From contig JBMDYE010000129.1 of assembly GCA_048595135.1 (NCBI GenBank), forward strand, positions 1 through 51,369: 51,369 bases of DNA. Direction: 5' to 3'. Every line of letters begins with the position of its first letter. The first letter of the stretch is position 1. Of this stretch, positions 39,030 to 47,123 are shown in pieces. The stretch comes from Planktothrix sp. (GTDB lineage: Bacteria > Cyanobacteriota > Cyanobacteriia > Cyanobacteriales > Microcoleaceae). The notes beneath the pieces are model-generated. The model saw only the letters and a program-made list of their open reading frames with translations. It had not been told where the DNA came from and searched no databases. A program made the position numbers and the translations under genes.

Positions 39030-40715
39030 ATGAACTTATTTAATAAACCTTCGGTTTGCCCAAAAAACATTAAAAAAAAGTTAAATAATTCTAGGCTCTA
39101 TTTCCACTTTTCTAGTCTATGTTTAGGAATTTTCTCAGGACTGCTAGCCACGACTTCTTCAGTAATGGCTGCTGAACGAATTGGTCTTAAATATGATATT
39201 GGTACGGCTTATGTTTCCGTTGCTGACCTCGAAAAATTTGCGAAAGAAGGAGATGTTTCTCCGGTTTTATCCGTTTATCAACAAATTTTACAAATCGAAG
39301 ATCAAGAAAAACTGCGTCGGCTTTTACTCACCCCAGCAGAAGCCAGTCCTTGGGCAATTCAACAGTTTAATAATACCCCACTCGGTACGGCTGTTTTAAG
39401 TCGTTTTGGCAATATTATTCGAGTTGATAACGGTCAAAATGGTTTAGATGCTTTAAAAACAGCAATTAATAAAGCATCTGGTCTTGAAAATGGTTTAACG
39501 CTGCTGGGAATTTTACAAGAATTTCCATCTGAAACGATAGAAATTGACCTTAATTATGGGGTAGATATTATTCGAGATTTATCTCAAATTATTTATGAAG
39601 ATAAAACCGTGATTAACTGGATTAATCAACAAGCTAAAACTAAAACCGATAATCCCGCCATTAACAAGCCACATCCTAATTTTAAAAACCCCGGTTCGAT
39701 TCGCTGGGAAAAACAAACCTTTACCTTTCAAAATCCCAATCGCGATCGCCCTTCTCCCGTTGACATTTATATTCCTCAAGTGTCAACTCCTACCTCCGTT
39801 ATTGTTATTTCTCATGGGTTAGGTTCGGATCGAAATACCTTCAAATATCTAGCCGAACATTTAGCGTCTCATGGCTATTTTGTCGCCGTTGTTGAACATT
39901 TAGCCACCAGTGCGGAAGGATTAGGAAACTTTTTTCAAGGTTTGTCTAAACCCCCTAACCCCACAGAATTTATTAATCGACCGTTAGATATTAAATTATT
40001 ACTAGATGCTTTAGAAAAAAAAGCCAACGCTGCCGAATTTCCTAGCCCATTATTACTTAATAATGTAGGGGTACTCGGTCAATCCTATGGCGGTTATACA
40101 GCCTTAGCGTTAGCAGGTGCTAAATTGAATCCTAATCAACTTAATCAAGAATGCGATAACTCAACAAATCGAAGAATTACATTAAATATTTCTGTCTTCC
40201 TTCAATGTCGAGCTAGCGATGTTATTAATCAAGCTAATAATATTCAAGATAAACGTGTTAAAGCTATTATTGCAATTAACCCGTTTACTAGCCTCATCTT
40301 TGGAGAAGAAGGGATGAGCCAAGTTAAAATTCCAACCTTAATGATTGGGAGTAGTAATGATTATGTGGCGCCTGCATTCAGTGAACAAATTATTCCGTTT
40401 ACTTGGCTAAAAAATCCTGAAAAACATTTAATTTTATTAGATCAGGGAACGCATTTTTCCTTCTTAGAACCCGGAGAATCAGTTCTCCCAGTTCCGGCTC
40501 AAATGGTCGGGCCTGATCCACAACTGTCTTTTCCTTATTTAAAAGCAATCAGTTTAGTATTTTTTAATAGTTATATTCGCGACGAAGTGGAGTATTTACC
40601 CTTTTTAAGCCCTGGTTATATTAAAAGAATGGAACAAGCTCCATTTGGTTTAAGTATTATTGATTCTTTAACAAAAGAAGAACTTCAAGCGATTATTAGT
40701 GACCCGTCCCAATGA
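39030..40715 (+). CDS. Secreted DUF1400-type domain + alpha/beta hydrolase, paralog 3
   Basis: The ORF track starts at TTG 39018; I prefer the ATG at 39030. The same blocks are present (VSVADLEKFAKEG, ISHGLGSDRNTFKYLAEHLASHGY, GQSYGGYTAL). Confidence 0.8.
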   Translation: MNLFNKPSVCPKNIKKKLNNSRLYFHFSSLCLGIFSGLLATTSSVMAAERIGLKYDIGTAYVSVADLEKFAKEGDVSPVLSVYQQILQIEDQEKLRRLLLTPAEASPWAIQQFNNTPLGTAVLSRFGNIIRVDNGQNGLDALKTAINKASGLENGLTLLGILQEFPSETIEIDLNYGVDIIRDLSQIIYEDKTVINWINQQAKTKTDNPAINKPHPNFKNPGSIRWEKQTFTFQNPNRDRPSPVDIYIPQVSTPTSVIVISHGLGSDRNTFKYLAEHLASHGYFVAVVEHLATSAEGLGNFFQGLSKPPNPTEFINRPLDIKLLLDALEKKANAAEFPSPLLLNNVGVLGQSYGGYTALALAGAKLNPNQLNQECDNSTNRRITLNISVFLQCRASDVINQANNIQDKRVKAIIAINPFTSLIFGEEGMSQVKIPTLMIGSSNDYVAPAFSEQIIPFTWLKNPEKHLILLDQGTHFSFLEPGESVLPVPAQMVGPDPQLSFPYLKAISLVFFNSYIRDEVEYLPFLSPGYIKRMEQAPFGLSIIDSLTKEELQAIISDPSQ

Positions 40716-40858
40716 TAGGTTGGGTTTTAACCGTCTTCTGAATTAAAAGAATATTGATGCCAATAATCCTTTACTTGGTCATCAAATTGACTAGCATTGT
40801 CAAAATGATATATTTTCATAGGTTTAATCTTATATAAAGTTCTATACCGAGACTTCCC

Positions 40859-40923
40859 AGAAACCGGGTTTCTACAATCACTTTACTACACAATAAAAAG
40901 ATTCGTTCAGAAACCCGGTTTCT
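40859..40923. repeat. Inverted pair AGAAACCGGGTTTCT / AGAAACCCGGTTTCT with a 35-nt spacer
   Basis: Read directly. It lies 12 nt downstream of the ThiF-like gene stop. Confidence 0.9.
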
Positions 40924-40934
40924 CCCGATCGCCA

Positions 40935-41573
40935 CTAATCTAAAAAGGGCTGAATACTGAAATCTTTGAAAGTAATTGTATAACTCAACCGTTTTCCTGT
41001 TGTAATAAATTTCATCATCGTTTCACTCGCAACCCCAACGGTTAAAACTACTAAATTTCGAGCCAAAGGATAATCACAAACATCATCATTAACATCAGAA
41101 GGAACGCGATAATATTCATTCCAAATTACCTCAGCATAATCACTGGATAATCCGACATGAAGACAAGGTAAATTCAGATTCATACAGTAATCGGTCACAA
41201 TTTGACGCGCAATACTGTTATCAAAGGCATCAATAACTAAACCCCTATTACTGAACAGTTGCTTAATATTAGAAGCGGTTAACTCCTTCGTTTCAACTTG
41301 AATTTGTACCCCAATGGCACGATATAAAGAATTGGCTAAAATTTTCGCTTTAAATGCTCCCACATCTGAACGATAATAAGGTTGAGTCGAAAGATTATGT
41401 TCTTCAATGCGATCGCGATCAATCACTTTTACATTTCCAAACCCAGACCGCACTAAATTTTCAGTTAAATTCGCACCCAACGCACCCGCACCACAAATCG
41501 CGATCGGAAACTGACGAAATTGTTCTAAAACTTGACAAGAACGATACAATTGTTCATGTAAAAAAATAGACAT
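40935..41573 (-). CDS. Minimal ThiF/MoeB/HesA-family E1-like adenylyltransferase
   Basis: 212 aa. It has a Rossmann ATP-binding block (ICGAGALGANLTENLVRSGFGNVKVIDRDRIEEHNLSTQ), the Mg/ATP Asp block (VIDAFDN) and a single later Cys (DDVCDYP). Confidence 0.85.
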   Translation of the reverse strand: MSIFLHEQLYRSCQVLEQFRQFPIAICGAGALGANLTENLVRSGFGNVKVIDRDRIEEHNLSTQPYYRSDVGAFKAKILANSLYRAIGVQIQVETKELTASNIKQLFSNRGLVIDAFDNSIARQIVTDYCMNLNLPCLHVGLSSDYAEVIWNEYYRVPSDVNDDVCDYPLARNLVVLTVGVASETMMKFITTGKRLSYTITFKDFSIQPFLD

Positions 41574-41595
41574 TTTTTTAGCTCCATAACTTACG

Positions 41596-41663
41596 AGAAA
41601 CCAGGTTTCTTAACGTAAAATAGGGATTTAATCCTCAAAACCTAGATGAGAAACCCGGTTTCT
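41596..41663. repeat. Inverted pair AGAAACCAGGTTTCT / AGAAACCCGGTTTCT with a 38-nt spacer
   Basis: Read directly. It sits between the 275-aa ORF stop (41673) and the ThiF-like start (41573). Confidence 0.9.
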
Positions 41664-41672
41664 AAGTTTCTA

Positions 41673-42500
41673 TCAATCCCGATTTTCAACCACCGCAACC
41701 AAGGATTGTAAATCAAACTCTTGATCCCGTCCGCTTAAACAAATTCCTGCACCAATGACCGTTAAATCCTGCTTAGAAATCGCGCTACTGTGTTGTTCTC
41801 CAGTTCGAGTTGTCCATTGAACTGTCCAATACTCTCCTTGATCATAAAACTGTTCTAAGGTTCCTCCTGCAAAATTTAAAGCCGTTTTCAAGCGTTTTTC
41901 ATCTTGATTTTGTTGAGAAAATTCCTCTCGATTTTGGGTAACTAATTCATAAACGGTTCGGAGTTCGGGAGTCATCCCCGAAAACCGTAAATCTTGAGGA
42001 AAAACTAACCCTTTGAAAGCCGTTTGTAGTGCTTCAATAGCAGACAGATCAGCGCGCCGATCTAAGTCTTCAAACCACCAAGCCGAACCATCCCAACGCG
42101 CAATAATTTGTTCAAAAGAAACCCCTTCCGTTACTAAATGAACCACGACAGGTTTAACATTGTTAAACCGTTGTTTCATATCCCCTTCATTACTCGGATA
42201 AGCTAGCCAAGTTTGATGTTTTAATTGATACGCTAACCGTAACCGTAACGCTTTAAACTGTTGTAAATATTTAGAAATTTGCGCTAAATTTGCCTCCTCA
42301 ATTACCTCAGCATAGCGTTCATTGACAGGTTGAAAGATTCCCCATCCTGCAAAATTTTTCGGCTGGGGAAGAAACGTATAAACTAAATGATTAACTCTGG
42401 TTCTGACTCGTCCGGCTTTCACACAAGGCGCGAGAAATTGCGTTAAACGCAGTTGTGTTTCGGAAGCAGAAACTTGATTAAGCAATTGATGAATATTCAT
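41673..42500 (-). CDS. Hypothetical protein with a C-terminal GAGICLSG motif, possibly E2/UBC-like
   Basis: 275-aa ORF. Its ATG lies 1 nt after the kptA stop, which suggests translational coupling. I recognised no known family. The motif is discussed in the findings. Confidence 0.7.
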   Translation of the reverse strand: MNIHQLLNQVSASETQLRLTQFLAPCVKAGRVRTRVNHLVYTFLPQPKNFAGWGIFQPVNERYAEVIEEANLAQISKYLQQFKALRLRLAYQLKHQTWLAYPSNEGDMKQRFNNVKPVVVHLVTEGVSFEQIIARWDGSAWWFEDLDRRADLSAIEALQTAFKGLVFPQDLRFSGMTPELRTVYELVTQNREEFSQQNQDEKRLKTALNFAGGTLEQFYDQGEYWTVQWTTRTGEQHSSAISKQDLTVIGAGICLSGRDQEFDLQSLVAVVENRD

Positions 42501-42501
42501 A

Positions 42502-43056
42502 TTAATCCTCCATCTTTGATAAATAATTAGGAGGAACGTGATCGACTAACCAAACGTTATTAGCAGAACAGTAAAACGGAATCCCCGCTTGATTCATGGC
42601 GGCGGCATCAATTTTCAAAATAACTGGACGACCCTGCCGCATTCCCACCCGTTTTGCGGTGTCAATATCTATTGATAAATGCACATGATGACGAGACATT
42701 TTTAACAGTCCCGACTGCAAAATCGAATTAACAAATTGTTCTGCGGTTCCATGATATAAACTATCTGGTGGCGTTTGCGGTTCTAGTTGTAAATCAACTT
42801 CCACACTATGACCTTGATTGGCTCTTATTTTCGTTCCCATTTCATCAAAGGAAAAGCGTTTTTTATCATTAGTTGCGACCACTTCTTCTAATTGTTCACG
42901 GGTAATGGGAAATTGATGATTTGCACAAGCGGTTAACAGTTCATCCACATCAACCCATCCCCCAGGTGCTAAGTTTAATCCCAAACGTTCGGGTTGATGG
43001 CGCAAATGTTTACTTAAATATTTGCTAATTTTAATAAGTTGTTTTTCTGTTCTCAT
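42502..43056 (-). CDS. kptA: RNA 2'-phosphotransferase (KptA/Tpt1 family)
   Basis: 184 aa. LSKHLRHQPERLGL...GGWVDVDELL, RANQGHS, LYHGT and HHVHLS are the conserved Tpt1/KptA R-H-R-R blocks. Confidence 0.9.
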   Translation of the reverse strand: MRTEKQLIKISKYLSKHLRHQPERLGLNLAPGGWVDVDELLTACANHQFPITREQLEEVVATNDKKRFSFDEMGTKIRANQGHSVEVDLQLEPQTPPDSLYHGTAEQFVNSILQSGLLKMSRHHVHLSIDIDTAKRVGMRQGRPVILKIDAAAMNQAGIPFYCSANNVWLVDHVPPNYLSKMED

Positions 43057-43124
43057 AAAAATAATAAAATCAAGGGATCATTTTTTGATTATAAATATTT
43101 CTTTCGTGTAGGAAAATTTATTTT

Positions 43125-43139
43125 AGAAACCCGGTTTCT
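43125..43139. repeat. Solo copy of AGAAACCCGGTTTCT upstream of kptA
   Basis: Read directly. No partner copy lies within 60 nt. Confidence 0.85.
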
Positions 43140-43286
43140 CGCTCTCAGAAATGATTGAAAATCCCGTATAAGTTTAAAAAGCAGGTCACGTTTTATTAGT
43201 TTACTTTTCAGGTAAAGTGTGTAGGCTTTTTGAATTAGGATACGGGATTTTTGGGGATCACTTCATGTAAGTTGAAAAAGCTGTGA

Positions 43287-43360
43287 TGGATCATACGCAG
43301 GATTTGAACCTGCTACCAATCGAACCTTAATCGATCGCTCTACCAATGAGCTAGTATGTA
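43287..43360 (-). tRNA. tRNA-like gene with a degenerate acceptor stem, possibly a pseudo-tRNA or specialised RNA; the anticodon-loop position reads AAG
   Basis: The reverse complement folds as TACATAC-TA-GCTC-ATTGGTA-GAGC-G-ATCGA-TTAAGGT-TCGAT-TGGTA-GCAGG-TTCAAAT-CCTGC-GTATGAT-CCA. The D, anticodon and T arms are canonical. Acceptor pairs 1:72 (T/T) and 2:71 (A/A) are mismatched. Confidence 0.5.
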
Positions 43361-43425
43361 AGCTTTGTCGGTTAGGACACGAAGTGATATTAAGATTAAC
43401 CTCCGTCAATACTTAAGGCTAATTT

Positions 43426-43650
<225 letters not shown>

Positions 43651-43694
43651 CTAATCTGGGTATTCCTCGCTGTTTTTTTGCTTTCTATATTGTT

Positions 43695-43723
43695 ATACTA
43701 CATTTGTACTACAAAGTTGTCAA
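43695..43723 (-). promoter_or_regulatory. Sigma70-type promoter for the 66-aa gene (-35 TTGACA, 17-nt spacer, -10 TAGTAT), overlapped by a LexA-box-like sequence
   Basis: The minus strand reads TTGACA-actttgtagtacaaatg-TAGTAT. The spacer and -10 contain TAGTACAAATGTAGTA (43696-43711). Confidence 0.4.
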
Positions 43724-43753
43724 GGGGGATCTGAAAATTTTTTGTCACTCAGC

Positions 43754-43821
43754 AGAAACCGGGTTTCTCGCCTAGATTTTGCTGATGAAATCCAGATGGA
43801 ATATTGAGAAACCCGGTTTCT
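43754..43821. repeat. Inverted pair AGAAACCGGGTTTCT / AGAAACCCGGTTTCT with a 38-nt spacer
   Basis: Read directly. It lies between the promoter of the 66-aa gene and the psaK stop. Confidence 0.9.
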
Positions 43822-43920
43822 AAAGCTGAAGGGTGGCTGAGTCTCAGTCGCAAAGGGGTTTTACCCGATTTGACTGTTCTCATCCACCCGACAAAAGTTG
43901 ATATTGATGGGTTAATACAA

Positions 43921-44181
43921 TTAAATGACGCCTAAGTTGGAGAGTCCTAAAATCACTCCAGCACCTAAGATGTGACCGAAACTGGTGGTTGCTAAAACCG
44001 CAGGTAAACCGAACCCACCAAACATATTAGAGGCGGGGAGTTGGGGGCCAGCATTGGGATATTTGATGGTGTATCTACCGATCGCGATCGCTAAAATATT
44101 GCAAACGATCATAATAATAGCAGTGGTGGGACTCCAAGGATGAGTCGAGACAGTGCGAGTAATTTCAGCTAAAAGCAGCAT
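43921..44181 (-). CDS. psaK: Photosystem I subunit PsaK
   Basis: 86 aa with two TM helices. The blocks PWSPTTAIIMI...GFGLPAVLATTSFGHILGAG are typical of PsaK. Confidence 0.9.
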   Translation of the reverse strand: MLLLAEITRTVSTHPWSPTTAIIMIVCNILAIAIGRYTIKYPNAGPQLPASNMFGGFGLPAVLATTSFGHILGAGVILGLSNLGVI

Positions 44182-44357
44182 GGATTATTTCCTCAAATTT
44201 GTTAAAGAGTACCGACATCAGATTGAGCGTTATAGCTAAGATGTTTTACCAAACAAAGGTAATCCGTTTTCCACCTTGTAGCAATACTTAACAGAATCAG
44301 TTTTTAATTGTTATCCTAGTTTAGAGAAACTGATCGACTGCGAGAACCCCTTGACCC

Positions 44358-45551
44358 ATGACTGAACAGCAAACGCGAATCTGTATTCTTGGTGGTGGCT
44401 TTGGTGGACTGTACACCGCCTTACGGTTGAGTCAATTACCTTGGCAAAAATCGGAACAACCGGAAATTATTTTAGTAGATCAGAATGATCGCTTTTTATT
44501 TTTACCGTTATTGTATGAACTGCTCAGTGATGAATTAGAAACTTGGGAAATTGCTCCCCCATTTACCACGTTATTAAAAGATACAAATGTGCGGTTTTGT
44601 CAAGATACCGTAAGAGAGATTGATGTTGATAATAAACGAGTTCAACTTCAAAATAATGGGGCGTTACCTTATGATTATCTCGTTTTAGCAATGGGAGGTG
44701 AAACGCCTTTAGATCTTGTTCCTGGGGTGGCTGAATTTGCCATGACGTTTAGAAGTGTGGCGGATGCTTACCATTTAGAAGATCAGTTGAAACGTTTAGA
44801 AGCATCCGAGGCGGAGAAAATTCGAGTGGCGATTGTTGGTGGTGGTTATTGTGGTGTTGAATTAGCCTGTAAATTAGCCGATCGCTTAGGAACAAAAGGA
44901 CGGATTAGAATTATTGAACAAGGTGATCAAATCTTACAAACTTCTCCCGAATTTAACCGAGAAGCGGCTCAAAATGCGTTATCAGAACGGTACGTTTGGC
45001 TGGATTTAGAAACAAAAGTTCAGTCCGTTGAAGCCGATCAAATCTCGTTAGAATTTCACGGACAAGTTGATACGATTCCGGTCGATATTGTCATTTGGAC
45101 GGTGGGAACACAGGTTTCTCCAGTGGTGCGATCGCTTCCCCTTAAACAAAATCAAAGAGGTCAAATTGTCACGACACCCACACTACAAGTGATTGATCAT
45201 CCCGAAATTTTTGCATTAGGAGATTTAGCGGACTGCAAAGACGCCGAAGGTCAAAAAGTACCAACCACCGCACAAGCCGCCTTTCAACAAGCGGATTATG
45301 CAGGCTGGAATATCTGGGCATCTATTACCAAAAAACCGCTTTTACCCTTCCGTTATCTGGCGTTAGGGGAAATGATGACATTAGGAATTGATAACGCCAC
45401 CTTAACAGGTTTAGGTATTCAATTAAACGGTCAATTTGCTCATTTAGCCCGACGTTTAATGTATTTATATCGGTTCCCGACTTTAGATCATCAAGTTCGA
45501 GTTGCTTTTAATTGGATGACTCGACCCTTTCAAGAACTCATTAAGAATTAA
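44358..45551 (+). CDS. Type II NAD(P)H dehydrogenase (NDH-2, NdbB-like)
   Basis: 397 aa. Two dinucleotide folds (ICILGGGFGGLYTA, VAIVGGGYCGVELA) and the GDLAD motif are present. The size resembles Synechocystis NdbB, but that assignment is tentative. Confidence 0.85.
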   Translation: MTEQQTRICILGGGFGGLYTALRLSQLPWQKSEQPEIILVDQNDRFLFLPLLYELLSDELETWEIAPPFTTLLKDTNVRFCQDTVREIDVDNKRVQLQNNGALPYDYLVLAMGGETPLDLVPGVAEFAMTFRSVADAYHLEDQLKRLEASEAEKIRVAIVGGGYCGVELACKLADRLGTKGRIRIIEQGDQILQTSPEFNREAAQNALSERYVWLDLETKVQSVEADQISLEFHGQVDTIPVDIVIWTVGTQVSPVVRSLPLKQNQRGQIVTTPTLQVIDHPEIFALGDLADCKDAEGQKVPTTAQAAFQQADYAGWNIWASITKKPLLPFRYLALGEMMTLGIDNATLTGLGIQLNGQFAHLARRLMYLYRFPTLDHQVRVAFNWMTRPFQELIKN

Positions 45552-45585
45552 GAAATAGGGAACAGGGAATAGGGAATAGGGAAGA
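45543..45585. repeat. AAGAATT/AAGAAAT followed by GGGAA[C/T/G]A heptamers x4
   Basis: Read directly. The NDH-2 stop TAA (45549-45551) lies in the AAGAATTAAG junction. GGGAACA is at 45558, GGGAATA at 45565 and 45572, and GGGAAGA at 45579. Confidence 0.9.
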
Positions 45586-45606
45586 AGCAAATTCTGATTG
45601 GTGACT

Positions 45607-45683
45607 GGGTACGGGCGGGATCTTTCGGTAGGTGAGTTATCGGTTTTTAGCATAAATTTCTGCCCGAAAGATCCCGCCCCTAC
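45607..45683. mobile_element. MITE-like hairpin element with 20-nt terminal inverted repeats, flanked by the direct repeat TGGTGACT
   Basis: GTACGGGCGGGATCTTTCGG (45609-45628) pairs with CCGAAAGATCCCGCCCCTAC (45664-45683) with 1 mismatch. TGGTGACT occurs at 45599-45606 and 45684-45691. Confidence 0.55.
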
Positions 45684-45718
45684 TGGTGACTAATTACTGA
45701 TTACTAATTAAAATAACT

Positions 45719-46432
45719 ATGAATTTGAATCAAAGTGCTAAACAACCCCGTGTGATCTTTTTTGATGCGGTGGGAACGTTATTCGGAGTTCGGTATAGTG
45801 TAGGGGAAGCCTATCGATTGATTGCCAGTGAATTTGGTGTGGAAGCCGAAGCAGAGGTTCTGAATCAAGCGTTTTTCCAGAGCTTTTTAGCCGCACCGAG
45901 TATGGCATTTCCAGGGGCAAATATTCAGGAGATTCCCCAACTCGAATTTGAATGGTGGAAAGCGATCGCCGTTCAAACCTTTCAAGCGGTCGGACTGTAT
46001 GAAAATTTTACGGATTTTTCGTTATTTTTTCAACAACTTTATGACCATTTTAGTACCGAAAAACCTTGGTTTGTCTATCCTGATGTCGTTCCTGCTTTGC
46101 AAAACTATTATAATCAAGGAATAGAATTAGGCGTATTATCTAATTTTGATTCTCGGTTATATCCAGTTTTAGAAGCGTTAAATTTAGATCAATTTTTTAC
46201 CACAATTACAATTTCTACTGAAGTGGGAGTGGCAAAACCCAGCCCTGAAATTTTTCAGATCGCTTTAAATAAACATCAGTGTTCACCGGAAGATGCTTGG
46301 CATATTGGGGATAGTTTTAAAGCAGATTATGAAGGAGCAAAAGCAGTTGGAATTCGGGGTATTTTAGTAAATCGGGAAGATTTATTAAAAAAAATGATTG
46401 ATGAATATGAAAACTTGACTATTATTCCCTAA
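45719..46432 (+). CDS. HAD-superfamily hydrolase
   Basis: 237 aa with motif I (VIFFDAVGTLF), motif II (LSNFD) and motifs III/IV (KP...GDSFKADYEGA). Confidence 0.85.
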   Translation: MNLNQSAKQPRVIFFDAVGTLFGVRYSVGEAYRLIASEFGVEAEAEVLNQAFFQSFLAAPSMAFPGANIQEIPQLEFEWWKAIAVQTFQAVGLYENFTDFSLFFQQLYDHFSTEKPWFVYPDVVPALQNYYNQGIELGVLSNFDSRLYPVLEALNLDQFFTTITISTEVGVAKPSPEIFQIALNKHQCSPEDAWHIGDSFKADYEGAKAVGIRGILVNREDLLKKMIDEYENLTIIP

Positions 46433-46483
46433 TCGATCGAGTAAACCATTCAAAGTTATAACAGATCCCTGGGTCTATCCCCC

Positions 46484-47062
46484 TTAAAAGGGATCTAATT
46501 CTGTATTTCTAGACTGTTGATAAGGAGAGATGTATAAGGAATGATTACTGTTAAATTCTGAAGGGTCAATATCTTTATCATCTTCATAATCGGAAGTATA
46601 AATTTCTAACCGTTTCATCTCTCTTTCTCTTAATTGATAAGAAGATTTTCCCCCGCCAGACAACCGATTTCCGCCTCGACGCTGAGAGTCAGAATTATTT
46701 TTACGAGTAAACGTTTTCCACGCCACCCGAATTCCTGTAAAAACACTTCCGGTGGTGGATTGTATTTTTTTCGCTTGCTGTTTCGCCGTATCTAATCCTT
46801 GATCAACTTGTTTCACCACTTGATTTGCACTTTGTACCCCTTCACTGACTTCTCCACTCAGTTCGCTAAGTTCCAAACCCGTCAAACGAATTGCTTCCAG
46901 AGTTGGCGGAAATTCACGGGATAAGGTATCTGCCAATTTTTCCACACTGCGCGCCGCCCTGGCAATTGCCATAAAAGCAGGTAATGCAACGACTAAAACA
47001 GCAGTTAGACTAACTGCTACTAGAAATAGGGATAATCCCAGCCAAAACAAAGGTTCAGTCAT
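46484..47062 (-). CDS. DUF948-like membrane-anchored protein
   Basis: The ORF track begins at TTG 47071; I prefer the ATG at 47062. It has an N-terminal TM helix, then the coiled segment ARSVEKLADTLSREFPPTLEAIRLTG. Confidence 0.7.
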   Translation of the reverse strand: MTEPLFWLGLSLFLVAVSLTAVLVVALPAFMAIARAARSVEKLADTLSREFPPTLEAIRLTGLELSELSGEVSEGVQSANQVVKQVDQGLDTAKQQAKKIQSTTGSVFTGIRVAWKTFTRKNNSDSQRRGGNRLSGGGKSSYQLREREMKRLEIYTSDYEDDKDIDPSEFNSNHSLYISPYQQSRNTELDPF

Positions 47063-47123
47063 CCGATTCAAGGATTGATAAGTTTAAATTCCGGTACTTT
47101 ATCTTAGCTTGAATTTTCACCCC

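Noticed and set aside
40727-40819. A 30-aa minus-strand ORF (MKIYHFDNASQFDDQVKDYWHQYSFNSEDG) between the third hydrolase gene and the first repeat pair.
   Set aside because: It has no Shine-Dalgarno sequence, no recognisable motif, and is too short to support without conservation or ribosome-profiling data.
43287-43360. The tRNA-like gene as the attachment-site remnant of an integrated island.
   Set aside because: No second copy of its 3' half occurs anywhere in the window and no integrase is present. It is a full-length cloverleaf rather than a 3' fragment. The possibility remains open at genome scale.
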